A stretch of DNA of 64,000 nucleotides from the human T2T-CHM13v2.0 reference genome, Homo sapiens: the NCBI RefSeq assembly GCF_009914755.1, contig NC_060932.1; one strand, 5' to 3'. The notes beneath the pieces are model-generated. The model had not been told where the DNA came from. It searched no databases and worked only from the letters and a program-made list of their open reading frames with translations. Shown here one piece after another: positions 1-12,856 of this stretch. Position 1 is the stretch's first letter. Each line of letters begins with the position of its first letter. Position numbers and translations under genes: made by a program.

Positions 1-1172
1 AGAGGCAGAGACAGAGGCAGAGACAGGCAGAGAGAGACAGAGGCAGAGACAGAAGGAGAGAGAGAGACAGAGGCAGAGACAGGCAGAGAGAGACAGAGAC
101 AGGCAGAGAGAGACAGAGACAGAGGCAGAGACAGAAGGAGAGAGAGAGAGACAGAGGCAGAGACAGAGGCAGAGAGAGACAGACAGAGGCAGAGAGAGAC
201 ACAGAGGCAGAGAGAGACAGAGACAGAGGCAGAGACAGAGGCAGAAAGAGACAGAGACGGAGAGAGAGACAGAGGCAGAGAGAGACAGACAGAGGCAGAG
301 GCAGAGACAGAAATAGACAGAGGCAGAGAGAGACACAGGCAGAGACAGAGAGAGACAGAGACAGAGACAGGCAGAGAGACAGAGGCAGAGACAGAGACAG
401 GCAGAGACAGAGGCAGAGAGAGACAGAGACAGAGGCAGAGAGAGACAGAGGGAGGCAGAGACAGAGGCAGAGGCAGAGACAGAAGCAGAGGGAGGCAGAG
501 GGAGACAGACAGAGGCAGAGACAGAGGCAGAGAGAGACAGGCAGAGACAGAGGCAGAGGCAGAGACAGAGATAGAGGCAGAGAGAGATACAGGCAGAGAC
601 AGAGACAGAGAGACAGAGACAGGCAGAGAGATACAGAGAGACAGAGGCAGAGAGACAGACAGAGACAGAGGCAGAGAGAGACAGAGGCAGAGAGAGACAG
701 GCAGAGACAGACAGAGACAGAGACAGAGGCAGAGAGAGACAGGCAGAGACAGAGAGACAGAGGCAGAGACAGAAGCAGAGACAGAGACAGAGGCAGAGAG
801 AGACAGAGACAGAGGCAGAGAGAGACAGAGGCAGAGGCAGAGACAGAAGCAGAGACAGAGGCAGAGACAGAAGCAGAGGGAGGCAGAGACAGAGGCAGAG
901 GCAGAAGCAGAGGGATGCAGAGGGAGACAAAGACAGAGGCCGAGACAGAGGCAGAGGCAGAGACAGAGGCAGAGACAGAAGCAGAGACAGAGGCAGAGAC
1001 AGAAGCAGAGGGAAGGCAGAGGGAGACAGAGACAGAGGCAGAGACAGAAGCAGAGACAGAGGCAGAGACAGAGGCAGGTGCAGAAACAGGGACAGAGACA
1101 GAGGCAGAGACAGAGACAGAGACAGAGGCAGGGGCAGAGACAGGGGCAGAGGCAGGGGCAGAGGCAGGGGCA
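1..1172 (+). repeat. Purine-rich degenerate hexamer repeat (AGAGAC/AGAGGC/AGAAGC)n
   Basis: Almost T-free tract of interleaved hexamers grading to AGGGGC at the 3' end; truncated by the window start. Confidence 0.95.
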
Positions 1173-3589
1173 GGCTGCAGCCCGGGGCCTTCAGCCGCTG
1201 CCACTGCATCCGCCCCAAGCACGGCCCTCACGGCTGCCTCTGGCTCTTCTTTGGCGCCCTGTTACCGCCTCCAAGCCCCCACCCCCAGGATGCTCACCAT
1301 GCTCTCTGGTCTCTTCCCAGCCCTGGGTCAGCCCCCTGTCCATGCCAGGCCCCGGGCAGTCCCCAGGCCGCTGCTGCCCTCATGCCCGGCCCAGCTTGCT
1401 TCCTGAACCCTTTCCAGCAAGCATCTCCTTTCCTGCAGATCCCGGCCCCACTGCCTTCTTTAGGAAGCCCTCCTGGCCGCTGACCCCCATCCCCAGCTCC
1501 CTGTGCTGCTTCCTTGGGAGGGAGTCTTAGCTGGCACTGTGCACCTCAGCCTCCATTGCGACCATGACCCCTCCCCAAGTGTACGGCACACAGCATTGTT
1601 GGGGAGCCGTGTCGGGGCTGCTGGGAGCCCCCCAATGACCACTCCTGCTCGGGGGCACTAGAGGAGAGGAGACAAGCAGACACATGCAGCTCCAGCCCTC
1701 CCGGGGAAGGGTAAGCAGGGCTGGGCTGCCTGCTGCGACTGCAGAGGCCTGGGGCACGCAGCTGTCTGGACACCACCCTCACCCATCGGGGTGGACTCTC
1801 ATGGCACGGACAGTTCTGCCTGGGCAAGTGGATACTGTGGTGGCCGGTCCGGGGCTGCTTGTCCCCTCCCCAGCATGTGGCGCAGAGAGGGTCACACCTG
1901 CTTGGGGCCCAGGCGGGTTGATTCTGACCCGGTTAGCTCGTGACTGACTGTGTTATAAAGCCCTTGCGAGACTGAATGCATTTGCTTCTCTTTTCACTGT
2001 TTTTTCTTTTCTGGGAGCATGCAGAGGAGGGGAGAAGATCCCACGGAGACGGTCTCAGTCCGAGGTGAGCAGAGCGTAATGGTGAGAAGGTGGCAGAGGT
2101 GGAGACACAGGCCCAGGGAGGACCCTGGAGAGAGGGGCTGCTGGGTGCCATGCGCCCTGAGACTCAGTCACAGCTGCGCTCTGAGGCCAAATCCAGATGG
2201 TCACAAAACACAAACCCAGGACAGTGGGGTTCTCCCGAGTCTTAGAGAAGAAGGTCTTTCCTCCCTCCTTCCCTCCCTCTGTCCGTCCATCCATCCCCTT
2301 TCCGTAAGCATTGAGTGTCCTCACAGACCTCTGGAAACATTCAGTGGAAAGGACTGGCGTGTTTGGCTTGCTGCGGTGTTTGGTTGAGTTAACCATGACG
2401 TTCCAGAAGGACTCCTGCCGTAGACTTTGCGTCCTTTTACGTTTCCTCCTCGTGGATTTATGTCTTGAGTTGGAACCTTATGAATGTGAAATCAATCGGG
2501 TGCAGAATGCCGGGGCCACAGGGGTTTCCTGGCTCCCGTGGTGCCTCAGGGGTGGGATGTCCAGAGACCGCGCAGCCTTGGACACCGGCCACCCAGCAGC
2601 CGGCTCCCGGCCCCAAGCTCCCGGGGTCTGTCCGCGGGGCCACTTCACCCCCAGGTGGGAGGATGGAGGAAATGGCCCCTGCATCATTCGCCAAGCGGGT
2701 CCGCCACAACGCTCTGAGCTCGGCTTGGTCGGGGACTGCTGGGCGCTGATGGCCCCCGGCCCGTGTCTGCCAAGGCACTGGGACGTCCCACGCTCGTGCA
2801 TTCTGTGGCGCGGACACAGGATGTGGGTGGTTCAGCCTGCCGCCCCCACCTTTGCAGGGCCATGGAGGCCGGAGGAGTGGACGATAGGAAACCGACCAGG
2901 GGGCCCAGGATGCTCGAGGCCCGAGTGCCGGACAGGGCTGAGCAGTAAGTGAAGAGCGGGGCACTTCACAGGCACAGAGCCTGTCCCTGCCCCAGGTGCA
3001 TCTCTGAAACCACGCGGCAGCCCTGTGAGTCGGTGCCGTCCCTGTGCAGCTGAGGCCGTGGGGGTACAGGCAGGTCAAGGGCCTGTGTGGCTGGGAAGTG
3101 CTGGGCTGGGGCAGATGCAGACAGGCTCCCGGCACAGGCTCCAGCCCTGCCGCCCCTGCAGCTGTTTCCCAGGTAGAGGCCCTGGGTCATGGTGACTTCC
3201 TCCCAAGCAGGAGTCAGCATGACAGCTCATGCTAGCACGCTCATGCCGTCCCGAAGCACTGACTGTGGAATGGTGCCTGTGGAACGTCCCTGGGTCTTCG
3301 GCCAGCGTCCTTCCCACCCTGCTGCTGGATGGGCTCCCCTGACCTCCTTTTGCAGGCCTGGGCACACGGTGAACGGCACAGACAGCACAATTGCAGCACA
3401 GGTGCGGGTGTGTCCCCACAGTCACGCTGAACAACGTCAGGGAGCGCAGTGGCTGTGCTGTCTGTAAACACTTGTAGAAGGTGGGGCTGCGGCCTGACGC
3501 ACACGGCATGAAACGGTCCTTCAGCCTCGGTGTCTCTGGGCTCCCTCTCTGACTGAATGCATCATCTTTTTGTTTAAAACCACAATCCA

Positions 3590-3896
<307 letters not shown>

Positions 3897-4401
3897 ACAA
3901 TCCAAATGCACAATGAAATCTTTCATTAAGATGCTTAAATTGGAAAATGACAGCAATCATGAAACAAAGCCTGCAGCCCAGGCAGGTATGAGCTCATGCT
4001 GCACGCTCCTGGGGATAGAGTGTTTTGAAAGCGGAGTCTTCTGCTCTGCCCCCAGGGTCCATCTCACCTGCACCAGGGCAGGGAGAGTGAGCCCCAGCCC
4101 AGCCCCACCATTGAAAACGATGCCGGTGAGGTCCAGGTGAGTCACCTGTGGGGAGTTGCCAGCCACGTAGGCTGACGCCGGTGGAAGACTGCACACAGAA
4201 GACAGGCTCTAGACCCCCGGGCTTCAGGGGGTGGGATGTTTTGTGTGGCCTGGAGGTTCTAGGGACACAGATACTTCTCACAGCAGGTCGGAGTTGGGGG
4301 AGCAGGCTGTGGGGGGGAGAAGCGCATGCTGCCGTGGGCTGTGTAGGGAGCACAGGCAGCTCTGAGTCCAGAAACAAAGGCGTGGTTTCTGTGTCAGCCC
4401 C

Positions 4402-4755
4402 TGATATGGTTTGGCTGTGTCCCCACCCAAATCTCAACTTGAATTGTATCTCCCAGAATTCCCATGTGTTGTGGGAGGGACCCAAGGGGAGGTAACCGAA
4501 TCATCAGGGCTGGTCTTTCCCGTGATATTCTCCTGATAGTGAATAAGTCTCACGAGATCTGATGGGTTTATCAGGGGTTTCCACTTTTGCTTCTTCCTCA
4601 TTTTCTCTTGCCGCCGCCACGTAAGAAGTGCCTTTCACCTCCCACAATGATTCTGAGGCCTCCCCAGCCATGTGGAACTATAAGTCCAATTAAAGCTCTT
4701 TTTGTTTCCAGTCTCAGATACATCTTTATCAGCAGCGTGAAAGTGGACTGATACA
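4402..4755 (+). mobile_element. THE1A (ERVL-MaLR) solo LTR
   Basis: Starts TGATATGGTTTGGCTGTGTCCCCACCCAAATCTC, ends GGACTGATACA; 354 bp; 5-bp TSD gcccc/gcctc. Confidence 0.9.
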
Positions 4756-6389
4756 GCCTCATAGAAATTTTCCTTCTTAGGAATGCGGTTTTTAAGGGAC
4801 ACTAATTTGGAAGGAAATTTTTGGAGTTTACAGTCTGCCTGAGACTTGTGTATGGGTCAGGATGCCGGTGGTAGGGCAAGGCCTGGGCCAGAATCTGACA
4901 GTTGCTTCCCAGAGCCAGGGGCTGCTGTGCGCTGTGCGGAGCCGCAGGACGGTCGGGGGCATGCTTTACTGCACAGGGCTGCCCTGCAGACTTGCAGAGC
5001 TGATGCAGGCAGACGCCATGGTCGGTGCTGGGTGAAGTGTGAGCTGTCACCCTTAAAAAGGGCCAGGCATAGAAAGGAGTAATGCCCAGTGTTGTTCATC
5101 TTTCCGTTGGTCCTAAGATTATCAGTGGAAAAATGAGAAATCAATTTGACTCATTTTTATGCATTTTTGTAGAGAAACAAATAGCATGAATGAGATTTAC
5201 ACAGTGTGGTTTAAAAAATGGAGAGTAAACAACAGGGCTTAAGGAAACAGAATTCTCGGAAGACACACAAAGCCACGTGGCTGTTAGGTAGAGCGTGCTG
5301 GTGTTGTGTTCATTCTTGAACAGACGCGGCAGGCGTACAGCTGGCCTTGTCTAGGGCGGGAAGGGGGAAGAGTGTGCTTCTGGCCCTGCCACTTGCTCAC
5401 CACCTTTGAGAACAGAGCGTGGGTTACCAGGGGAGGGCGCTGATTTTCTCTGAAGCCCGAGGCTGCCTGGCTCCTCGGCTGCGTCGTATTACTAATGTTG
5501 GGCAGGTGAATCTGTGACCTTTGTTTCTTCAGCAGTTGAGAAACTGAGGGATACCACGTTCCTCATGGTGAGTCAAGGTGGTGAGGACTCGGGGTCGTGG
5601 GGACACTGCTCCTCACTCTCACAGGTGCTCTAGGTTTCCTCACAGGTGCTCACAGTTTCCTCCTCTGTCTCCCCTCAGGACTGCAGAGTTCAAAGGGGTT
5701 TATTCATTGTCTCCTCCATAGAGTTCAGGGCGTTTATTCATTGTCTCCTCTTCGTATGGTGGATGCGTCTTTGTCTGTCCTGTTCCCCGAGGTCCTGGTG
5801 CACCGTGGAAGGAACAGACCTTGGGCTGGGATCCACCGGGGGTGCCGGGGGTGCCTGGTGCCTTCCTTTCTCTAACAGGCCTGGACTCCATCTCCAGCGA
5901 TCCTGATGCGTGAGGTGGCATTGGCCCTGGTGCCAGCGTCCCAGGGAAAGATGACATCAACCTAAACTCTTGAGGACTCATAGCTGTATTGGAGCATTGT
6001 TAATTTTCTTTGTTGGGAGATGCTCCAGCCATGGAACGTACTCTTCTTCCATCCGTCTCTGAGGCTGCAGAGTCATCCAGGCCAGGCTGACGAATGAAGG
6101 AGTCTTCTCCTTCCCACAGCCACCCGGCACCCGCCCAGCCTGGGGAGAAGCCATCCCTTTCTCTGCACTCAGGGCAGCAGTCAGCGTCTGGTCCTGCTGC
6201 TGTGTGCACGCCGGAGGCAGTCCTCTTCAGACCTCATGTGTTCATTCCTTCAAAGAGCCACGCACTCTTCAGCACAGTTGGTGTTGGCTGAATATTTTTG
6301 ACTGAGGCTAAAGGGTCATTTTGGGTTTTGTCAGGGTCTCAGAGCCAGTGTGGTCCTCTCTGTCCATGGGATCCGATTGTCGGAAGCAT

Positions 6390-8360
6390 TGATGCCATCT
6401 GGCGTGGAGGCCGTCCACCGTGGGGACTGTGCAGCGTGGGGGCCATCTGGCATGGGGGCTGTCTGATGTGGGGGACATCCAGCTTGGAAGCTGTCTGGCG
6501 TGGATGCCGTCCAGTGTGGTTGCTGTCTGGCATGGAAGCTGTCTGGTGTGGGGACTGTCCAGCGTGGAAGGTGTCTGGAGTGGAAGGTGTTTGATGTGGG
6601 GACCATCCAGTGTGGGGCTGTCTGGTGTGGGGGCCATCTGGCATGGAAGCTGTCTGGCGTGGGGACTCTCTGGCGTGGGGGCCATCTGGCGTGGATGCCG
6701 TCCGATGTGGGGACTGTCCAGCGTGGAAGCTGTCTGGTGTGGAAGCTGTCCGATATGGGGACTGTCTGGTGTGGAAGCTGTCTGGTGTGGGGAGTGTCTG
6801 GTGTGGGGACTGTCTGGTGTGGAAACTGTCTGGTATGGGGACTGTCCGGTGTGGGGACAGTCTGGTGTGGGGACTGTCTGATGTGGGGACTGTTTTGTGT
6901 GGGGACTGCCTGGTGTGGAAGCTGTCTGGTGTGGGGACTGTCCGCTGTGGGTACTGTCTGGTGTGGAAGCTGTCTGGTGTGGGTACTGTCCGGTGTGGGG
7001 ACTGTCTGGTGTGGGGACTGTCTGGTGTAGGGACTGTCTGGTGTGGGGACTGTCTGGTGTGGAAGCTGTCTGGTGTGGGACTGTCTGCTGTGGGGACTGT
7101 CTGCTGTGGAAGCTGTCTGGTGTGGGGAGTGTCTGGTGTGGAAGCTGTCTGGTGTGGGGACTGTCTGGTGTGGAAACTGTCTGGTGTGGGGACTGTCCGG
7201 TGTGGAAGCTGTCCGATATGGGGACTGTCTGGTGTGGAAGCTGTCTGGTGTGGGGAGTGTCTGGTGTGGAAGCTGTCTGGTGTGGGACTGTCTGCTGTGG
7301 GGACTGTCTGGTGTGGAAGCTGTCTGGTGTGGGGACTGTCCGCTGTGGGTACTGTCTGGTGTGGAAACTGGTGTGGGGACTGTCCGGTGTGGGGACTGTC
7401 TGGTGTGGGGACTGTCCGGTGTGGAAGCTGTCTGGTGTGGAAGCTGTCTGGTGTGGGGACTGTCTGGTGTGGGTACTGTCTGGTGTGGGGACTGTCTTGT
7501 GTGGAAGCTGTCTGGTGTGGGGACTGTCTGGTGTGGAAGCTGTCTGGTGTGGGGACTGTCTGGTGTGGAAACTGTCTGGTGTGGGGACTGTCCGGTGTGG
7601 GGACTGTCCGGTGTGGGGACTGTCTGGTGTGGGGACTGTCCGGTGTGGAAGCTGTCTGGTGTGGAAGCTGTCTGGTGTGGGGACTGTCTGGTGTGGAAGC
7701 TGTCCGATATGGGGACTGTCCTGTGTGGAAGCTGTCCGATATGGGGACTGTCTGGTGTGGAAGCTGTCTGGTGTGGGGACTGTCCGGTGTGGAATCTGTC
7801 CGGTGTGGGGACTGTCCTGTGTGGAAGCTGTCTGGTGTGGGGACTGTCCGGTGTGCAAGCTGTCCGATATGGGGACTGTCTGGTGTGGAAGCTGTCCGAT
7901 ATGGGGACTGTCTGGTGTGGAAGCTGTCTGGTGTGGGGACTGTCCGGTGTGGAATCTGTCCGGTGTGGGGACTGTCCTGTGTGGAAGCTGTCTGGTGTGG
8001 GGACTGTCTGGTGTGGAAGCTGTCCGATATGGGGACTGTCTGGTGTGGAAGCTGTCCGATATGGGGACTGTCTGGTGTGGAAGCTGTCTGGTGTGGGGAC
8101 TGTCTGGTGTGGAAGCTGTCCGGTGTGGGGACTGTCCGGTGTGGAAGCTGTCCGGTGTGGGTACTGTCCTGTGTGGAAGCTGTCCGGTGTGGGGACTGTC
8201 CGGTGTGGAATCTGTCCGGTGTGGGGACTGTCCGGTGTGGAAGCTGTCTGATATGGGGACTGTCTGGTGTGGAAGCTGTCCGATATGGGGACTGTCTGAT
8301 GTGGAAGCTGTCTGGTTTGGGGACTGTCCGACGTGGGGACTGTCCGGTGTGGGGACTGTC
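6390..8360 (+). repeat. 16-bp minisatellite (TGTCTGGTGTGGGGAC / TGTCTGGTGTGGAAGC), ~120 units
   Basis: Direct reading; 16-aa periodicity in the translated ORFs of all frames. Confidence 0.97.
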
Positions 8361-8819
8361 CATTGTTTGCTGCACTTGTCTTTGAGGTTTCCTCCCATGA
8401 GCGTCATTCCCTACATTCACTGTTGTGGTCCAAGCATGTCTGTCTGACCTTAACTTGGATATGACAGCTTTCCCTCCAAGGATAACATCCTTTGTCATCC
8501 TGTGGAATCACTGCTGGGCTGGAGAGGGTAGGCACCTCCCGCCTCACGGGTGCTGCTGGGGTGGAGAGGGTGGGCCCCTACCGCCTCACGGGTGCGCTGG
8601 CCGGCACTCGGACCCTGTCTTGCTGCACAGAAAGCTCACCTGCAAGGGCACCCGATGTGGATCCTGTGACTCCCCACATATTCCAGGTGGAGCGATGACC
8701 TCACTTGCCCCCTCTCCCGGCCGGTGGGTGGAAGGGCAAGGACATGCCGTCGGGGCCTAGGCTGGGCTCTGGGTGCTCGCATCAGCCACCCGCCCTCAGC
8801 TGTAGCCTTCGCGTCAGCC

Positions 8820-8915
8820 AGCTGCCCTCTGCTGTAGCCTTGGGTGAGTGTCTCAAGTCTCCCAACCAGTGGTTTCTCCATTGAAAAATAATAACAGTAC
8901 CTACGTCTTGGAGTT
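8820..8915 (+). mobile_element. MIR fragment
   Basis: ccttgggtgagt...ctc...cagtggtttctccatt.aaaaataataacagtacctac resembles the MIR core. Confidence 0.55.
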
Positions 8916-8925
8916 GCGCTGGCGA

Positions 8926-9402
8926 GGTGGACCTAAAAGGAAAAAGCTAGGGTAAAAGTAATCTATGTAGAAGGTTATTTGGGTCACGTGTGAGGCCTGC
9001 AGCCCAGGAGCCTGGATTCAGGCTGCCCTGAACGCACACTGATGAGCAGCGCCTCCAGGGCGATTTTGGAAAGCAGAAAGGGGGTCAGAGAGGCGGATGG
9101 AAAGCTGTTTGTCAGGAATTCTCATTAGTTTATGGAAACCATTGGTTTATGGATTAGTGATGCCTGTGCATTGTTAAGCTACAGAGTGTGTTACGGTGTC
9201 CAGAGCAGCATCACCAGGCTCTTTCCCAGCTACCGGGGGCCACAGTGGGCCATGTTGAGTGAACACGCGGCTCCCTGGGGGCAGGGAGTAGGGAGCAGGG
9301 CGTGGTTGTGGCTCGTCTGCTCATCTCTCGGGGCCTGATGATGTGAAAGGGCTCCCATCCCTCAAACAGAAGTTCCGCTCTTTTCTCAGCAGTCGTGTTA
9401 AC
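8926..9402 (-). mobile_element. Degenerate ERV1-class LTR (MER31/MER4-group-like)
   Basis: gacctaaaaggaaaaagct...ttatttgggtca...gattcaggctgccctgaa resembles the reverse complement of MER4-group LTR ends; family assignment from memory. Confidence 0.45.
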
Positions 9403-9492
9403 AGATGAGACAATCGCAGCTGCTGCTCGTGGGGAGCCCCAGTGCGTGTTGAGCTACTCGTGTGCCATGTTGGTGAAATGACCTGAAACCTA

Positions 9493-9795
9493 GGAACTGG
9501 GGCCGCGGCGGGAACTGGGGCCGCGACGGGAACTGGGGCCGCGGCGGGAACTGGGGCCGCGGCGGGAACTGGGGCCGCGGCGGGAACTGGGGCCGCGGCG
9601 GGAACTGGGGCCGCGGCGGGAACTGGGGCCGCGGCGGGAACTGGGGCCGCGACCGGAACTGGGGCCGCGGCGGGAACTGGGTCCGCGGCGGGAACTGGGT
9701 CCGCGGCGGGAACTGGGTCCGCGGCGGGAACTGGGGCCGCGGCGGGAACTGGGGCCGCGGCGGGAACTGGGGCCGCGGCGGGAACTGGGGCCGCG
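9493..9795 (+). repeat. 18-bp CpG-rich minisatellite (GGAACTGGGGCCGCGGCG), ~17 units
   Basis: Near-perfect tandem units; gives the (PAAAPV)n artefact ORF. Confidence 0.97.
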
Positions 9796-10583
9796 AGGCG
9801 CCGAACCACGAGGCCAGGTGCTGGGGATGGGGCGGGGGTGGTGGCACGTGGCAGGCACCTGAGCAAGTCTGGGGGATGGAGGGAGAGCAGGTTCAGGGCT
9901 GGGAATACAGGAAGGCAGAAGGGCGGGCACTGGGCTGGGAATACAGGAGGTGCCGCATCTGAGGTTGGGGGCAGGGTCCCACTGCCATCCTCATTGGAAA
10001 GTAGTGTCTGTCTGCTTCTGAGAGTGCCAGAGCCAGTGGCCAGCTCTCTGCACTAGGATAAGGGAATTCGCCGGCCTGGTGGCGTCCTGGGTGTGTGTCA
10101 GGCAGAGCCTGGAGCTCTTGGCAGCCTGCCATCCCCTCGCGTTCCCCTCATTGAATAGTACGTGAGGCCGGTGACCACCCTGGGCATGGGCCCGCCTGGC
10201 CTCGGAGGAGCTGGCCTGTGGGTGACACTCAGGGACCATGCCCCCTGTGGTCCCATGTGCTTTTCCTGATGCGGCGAGGGCCTGGAGCTGGTGCCTGGTC
10301 CCGGGTGCTAGAGCCTGGTCCCTGGCACTGGAGCCGAGGCAGCTGGAGAGTTCCCTGAGGACAGCTTATTTCACCCTGGATGGCTCTGGCGGGAGCCAGG
10401 CCCGTGTTTTGTGGTCTTAACACGAGTCACCAGGAACTGGCCTTCCCGGGACTCGCTGGCATCTAGCTCACACTCAAACTGGTGTCCTCGAAGCAGGGAG
10501 GGAAACACGAAGTGTAGACAAGAATCACAACAGCAGGCAGGCCGGGACCCAGCCTCGCCCCGAGAGGTTAGCCACATGCTTAC

Positions 10584-10698
10584 CAAAAGGAGTGGAGAGG
10601 GCCCTAAGCACCACGCCTAATCCCAGCTAAGTCTGGAAGAAAAAGGAGTGGAGAGGGCCGTCAGCGCCGCACCTGATCCCAGCTAAGTCTGGAAGAAA
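10584..10698 (+). repeat. ~57-bp tandem duplication (aaaggagtggagagggcc...cccagctaagtctggaagaaa) x2
   Basis: Direct reading. Confidence 0.85.
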
Positions 10699-11107
10699 CC
10701 CATTTGGTTTACATGTTGACTTCTCCCTTTAGAATACAGTGGGAAATTCAGCAAGGAGTTAAAGCCAGTGTCATTTTGGGAGGGCCTGGCTGGCGAATCC
10801 AATTTGCAAAATAAACTTCTGGCTACATTTCAAGGTGAAGTCACTCCAACACTGAGAAGTCTCTTTTGTTTTGCTCTTGAATGTTGTTTCAAGGGAGATT
10901 TACAAGTATTCATGACTAATAGGTGGTGAGTCTTCTAATTATGGCTAGTAATGACAGTTAGCTCTTCCTTTTTGCGGGGTTCTCTGTCGACAGCCCTACA
11001 CCTATTGAGTGCATGTTTATCCACCTGAACGGTGACAAGCAGTGTCTCTCCTTCTTGCAGGAGCTCCTTCCCTTAACAGAGCTGAGAGAGGCATCTGGAG
11101 CTGCAGC

Positions 11108-11144
11108 ATGGACCAGCGAGAGCCCCTGCCTCCCGCTCCTGCAG
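11108..11144 (+). CDS. ARHGEF10: ARHGEF10 first coding exon (exon 2, spans 11061-11144; ATG at 11108), MDQREPLPPAPA
   Basis: Acceptor ctccttcttgcag|11061; strong Kozak AGCATGG; donor GCAG|gtaaca; phase 1 joins 25669 to make Glu. Confidence 0.95.
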
Positions 11145-12042
11145 GTAACAGCACTCAGTAGGTGGGCCTGTGGGTCAGGTTGTGCTGCTGCTCTCATCAA
11201 GGACGGGGTACTTCTGGAACCACTGAATTGCTGGTCACTGGGGTATGGGGTGGAGTGAGAGCTTCTTGGGAGAAAGAGAAGGTTCTGACGTGAGCCTGGG
11301 TGCCCCCATCCTTGCCTTGCCACGGGGGCATCCTGGGTGAGCCTCTTGCGTTCCTCACAGGTGCTGCTGTATTGCTCTTGGGGACCTATGGTCAGCATCT
11401 GAAATTCCCTTAAGATTCCCCTTAGCCTGATGCAATCGGAGATGGAGCGGGAGGGTTGTTACAGAATGGCGCCTTCCAGTGTTGAAGGCCTCGCTCAGGC
11501 TTAAAGCTCAGCTCGCCCATGGCGGGTGCTCGCCCAGTTTCCTTTTCTGCCTCCCTCCTCTGAGCGGCCGCTCAGGGACAAGCACGCCCTCTCTATCCAT
11601 ATGCTCCAATAAGGGAGGGCCTGCTGATGAAAGATTTATCTTCATTGTCACCTCACCTGAGTTAAATTGTTGCCAAAAAGACTATGCCAGGGTTGCCAGC
11701 TCGCGCTCCGGCCAGTGGAGAAGGTGGACACTGACCGACGTTTCCATGGCAGGTCGTCTGCAGGGCCTGGAGACCTGGCCTAGGTCCTCCCGGGGCCTGC
11801 CGGACCACATGTTGCACATGGGCCTGGTGTCCGTTGCAGGTCTGGGGGGTGATGGAGCTGTGGAGGTCACGGAATTAACTGTGTGGGCTCCAGGCCCCTT
11901 GGCACTGTGGGTGTGGGTCTTGGGAGATGCTGGGATTTGGTCGTCTGTGCCCCCCAACTACGTGGACACTCTGGGCCCTCAGAGATTGTAGCTGGATCAG
12001 AAAAGAGGCAGCCTGGAAGTCAGGCTGTTCATAAGCAAGTCA

Positions 12043-12173
12043 GTCACCGGGGCCTGGTAGATGACAAAGACAGGAGAATCCAGGGGTCACCGGGGCCTGG
12101 TAGATGACAGAGACGGGAGAATCCAGGGGTCACCGGGGCCTGCTGGACGACAGAGACGGGAGAATCCAGGGGT
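12043..12173 (+). repeat. 43-bp tandem repeat x3 (gtcaccggggcctggtagatgacagagacgggagaatccaggg)
   Basis: Direct reading. Confidence 0.9.
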
Positions 12174-12492
12174 GAGCAGTGGCCACCCCAGAAACAGCCA
12201 GCGACACCACAGGGGCCAGAAGGGATGCCCACTCCTGCTGCCGGGGGTCTGCGGTGGGGAACCAGGCCTGGAAGTCCAGCTCCTGGAGTTCTCCGGAGCC
12301 GCAAGACCACGGGGTACGGGACCCGGTACCGGAAACCCGAGGCCACAGCTCCACTGCTTCTCTTCTGGGGGTGACGTCGGCCGGTCTCCTTGCCTTTTTG
12401 TCGCCATGGTGCTCGTTGTCGCCACAGTTCACTTACGTGTGGATTGCTGGCATTCAGGCTCTGCCAGACTAGGTTGTTTTAATTGAAAATGA

Positions 12493-12856
12493 GGTCGGGC
12501 ACCTCAGCTCACACCTGTAATGCCAGCACTTTGGGAGACTGAGGTGAGTGAATCACTTGAGCCCAGGAGTTTGAGACCAGCCTGGGCAACGTAGTGAGAC
12601 CCCATATCTGCAAAAAGAATAATAATGTAATAATAATTAGTTGTAATAGTTGTAATAATTAGACCCCATCTCTGCAAAAATAATGATATGATAATAATTA
12701 GTTATGCATGATGGTGCATGCCTGTAGTCCCAGCTACTCATGAGGCTGGGGTGGGAGGTTCACTTGAGCACGGGAAGTTGAGGCTGCAGTGAGCCGAGAT
12801 CCTTCCACTGAACTCCAGCCTGGGTGGTGGGACTGAGACCCTGTCTAAAAAATAAA
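12493..12856 (+). mobile_element. Old Alu (AluJ-like) with duplicated/expanded middle linker
   Basis: Both arms recognisable; agaccccat.tctgcaaaaa...taataattag occurs twice. Confidence 0.85.

Noticed and set aside
915-1530. (EAET)n and (QR)n ORFs
   Set aside because: Low-complexity hexamer repeat in intron 1.
4659-4672. PRDM9 hotspot motif position in the THE1A LTR
   Set aside because: The sequence is CCTCCCCAGCCAT, the ordinary consensus form, not the hotspot-associated CCTCCCTAGCCAC.
6308-8498. ORFs of 400-719 aa on both strands
   Set aside because: They are translations of a stop-free 16-bp minisatellite, open in many frames at once and without protein-family features.
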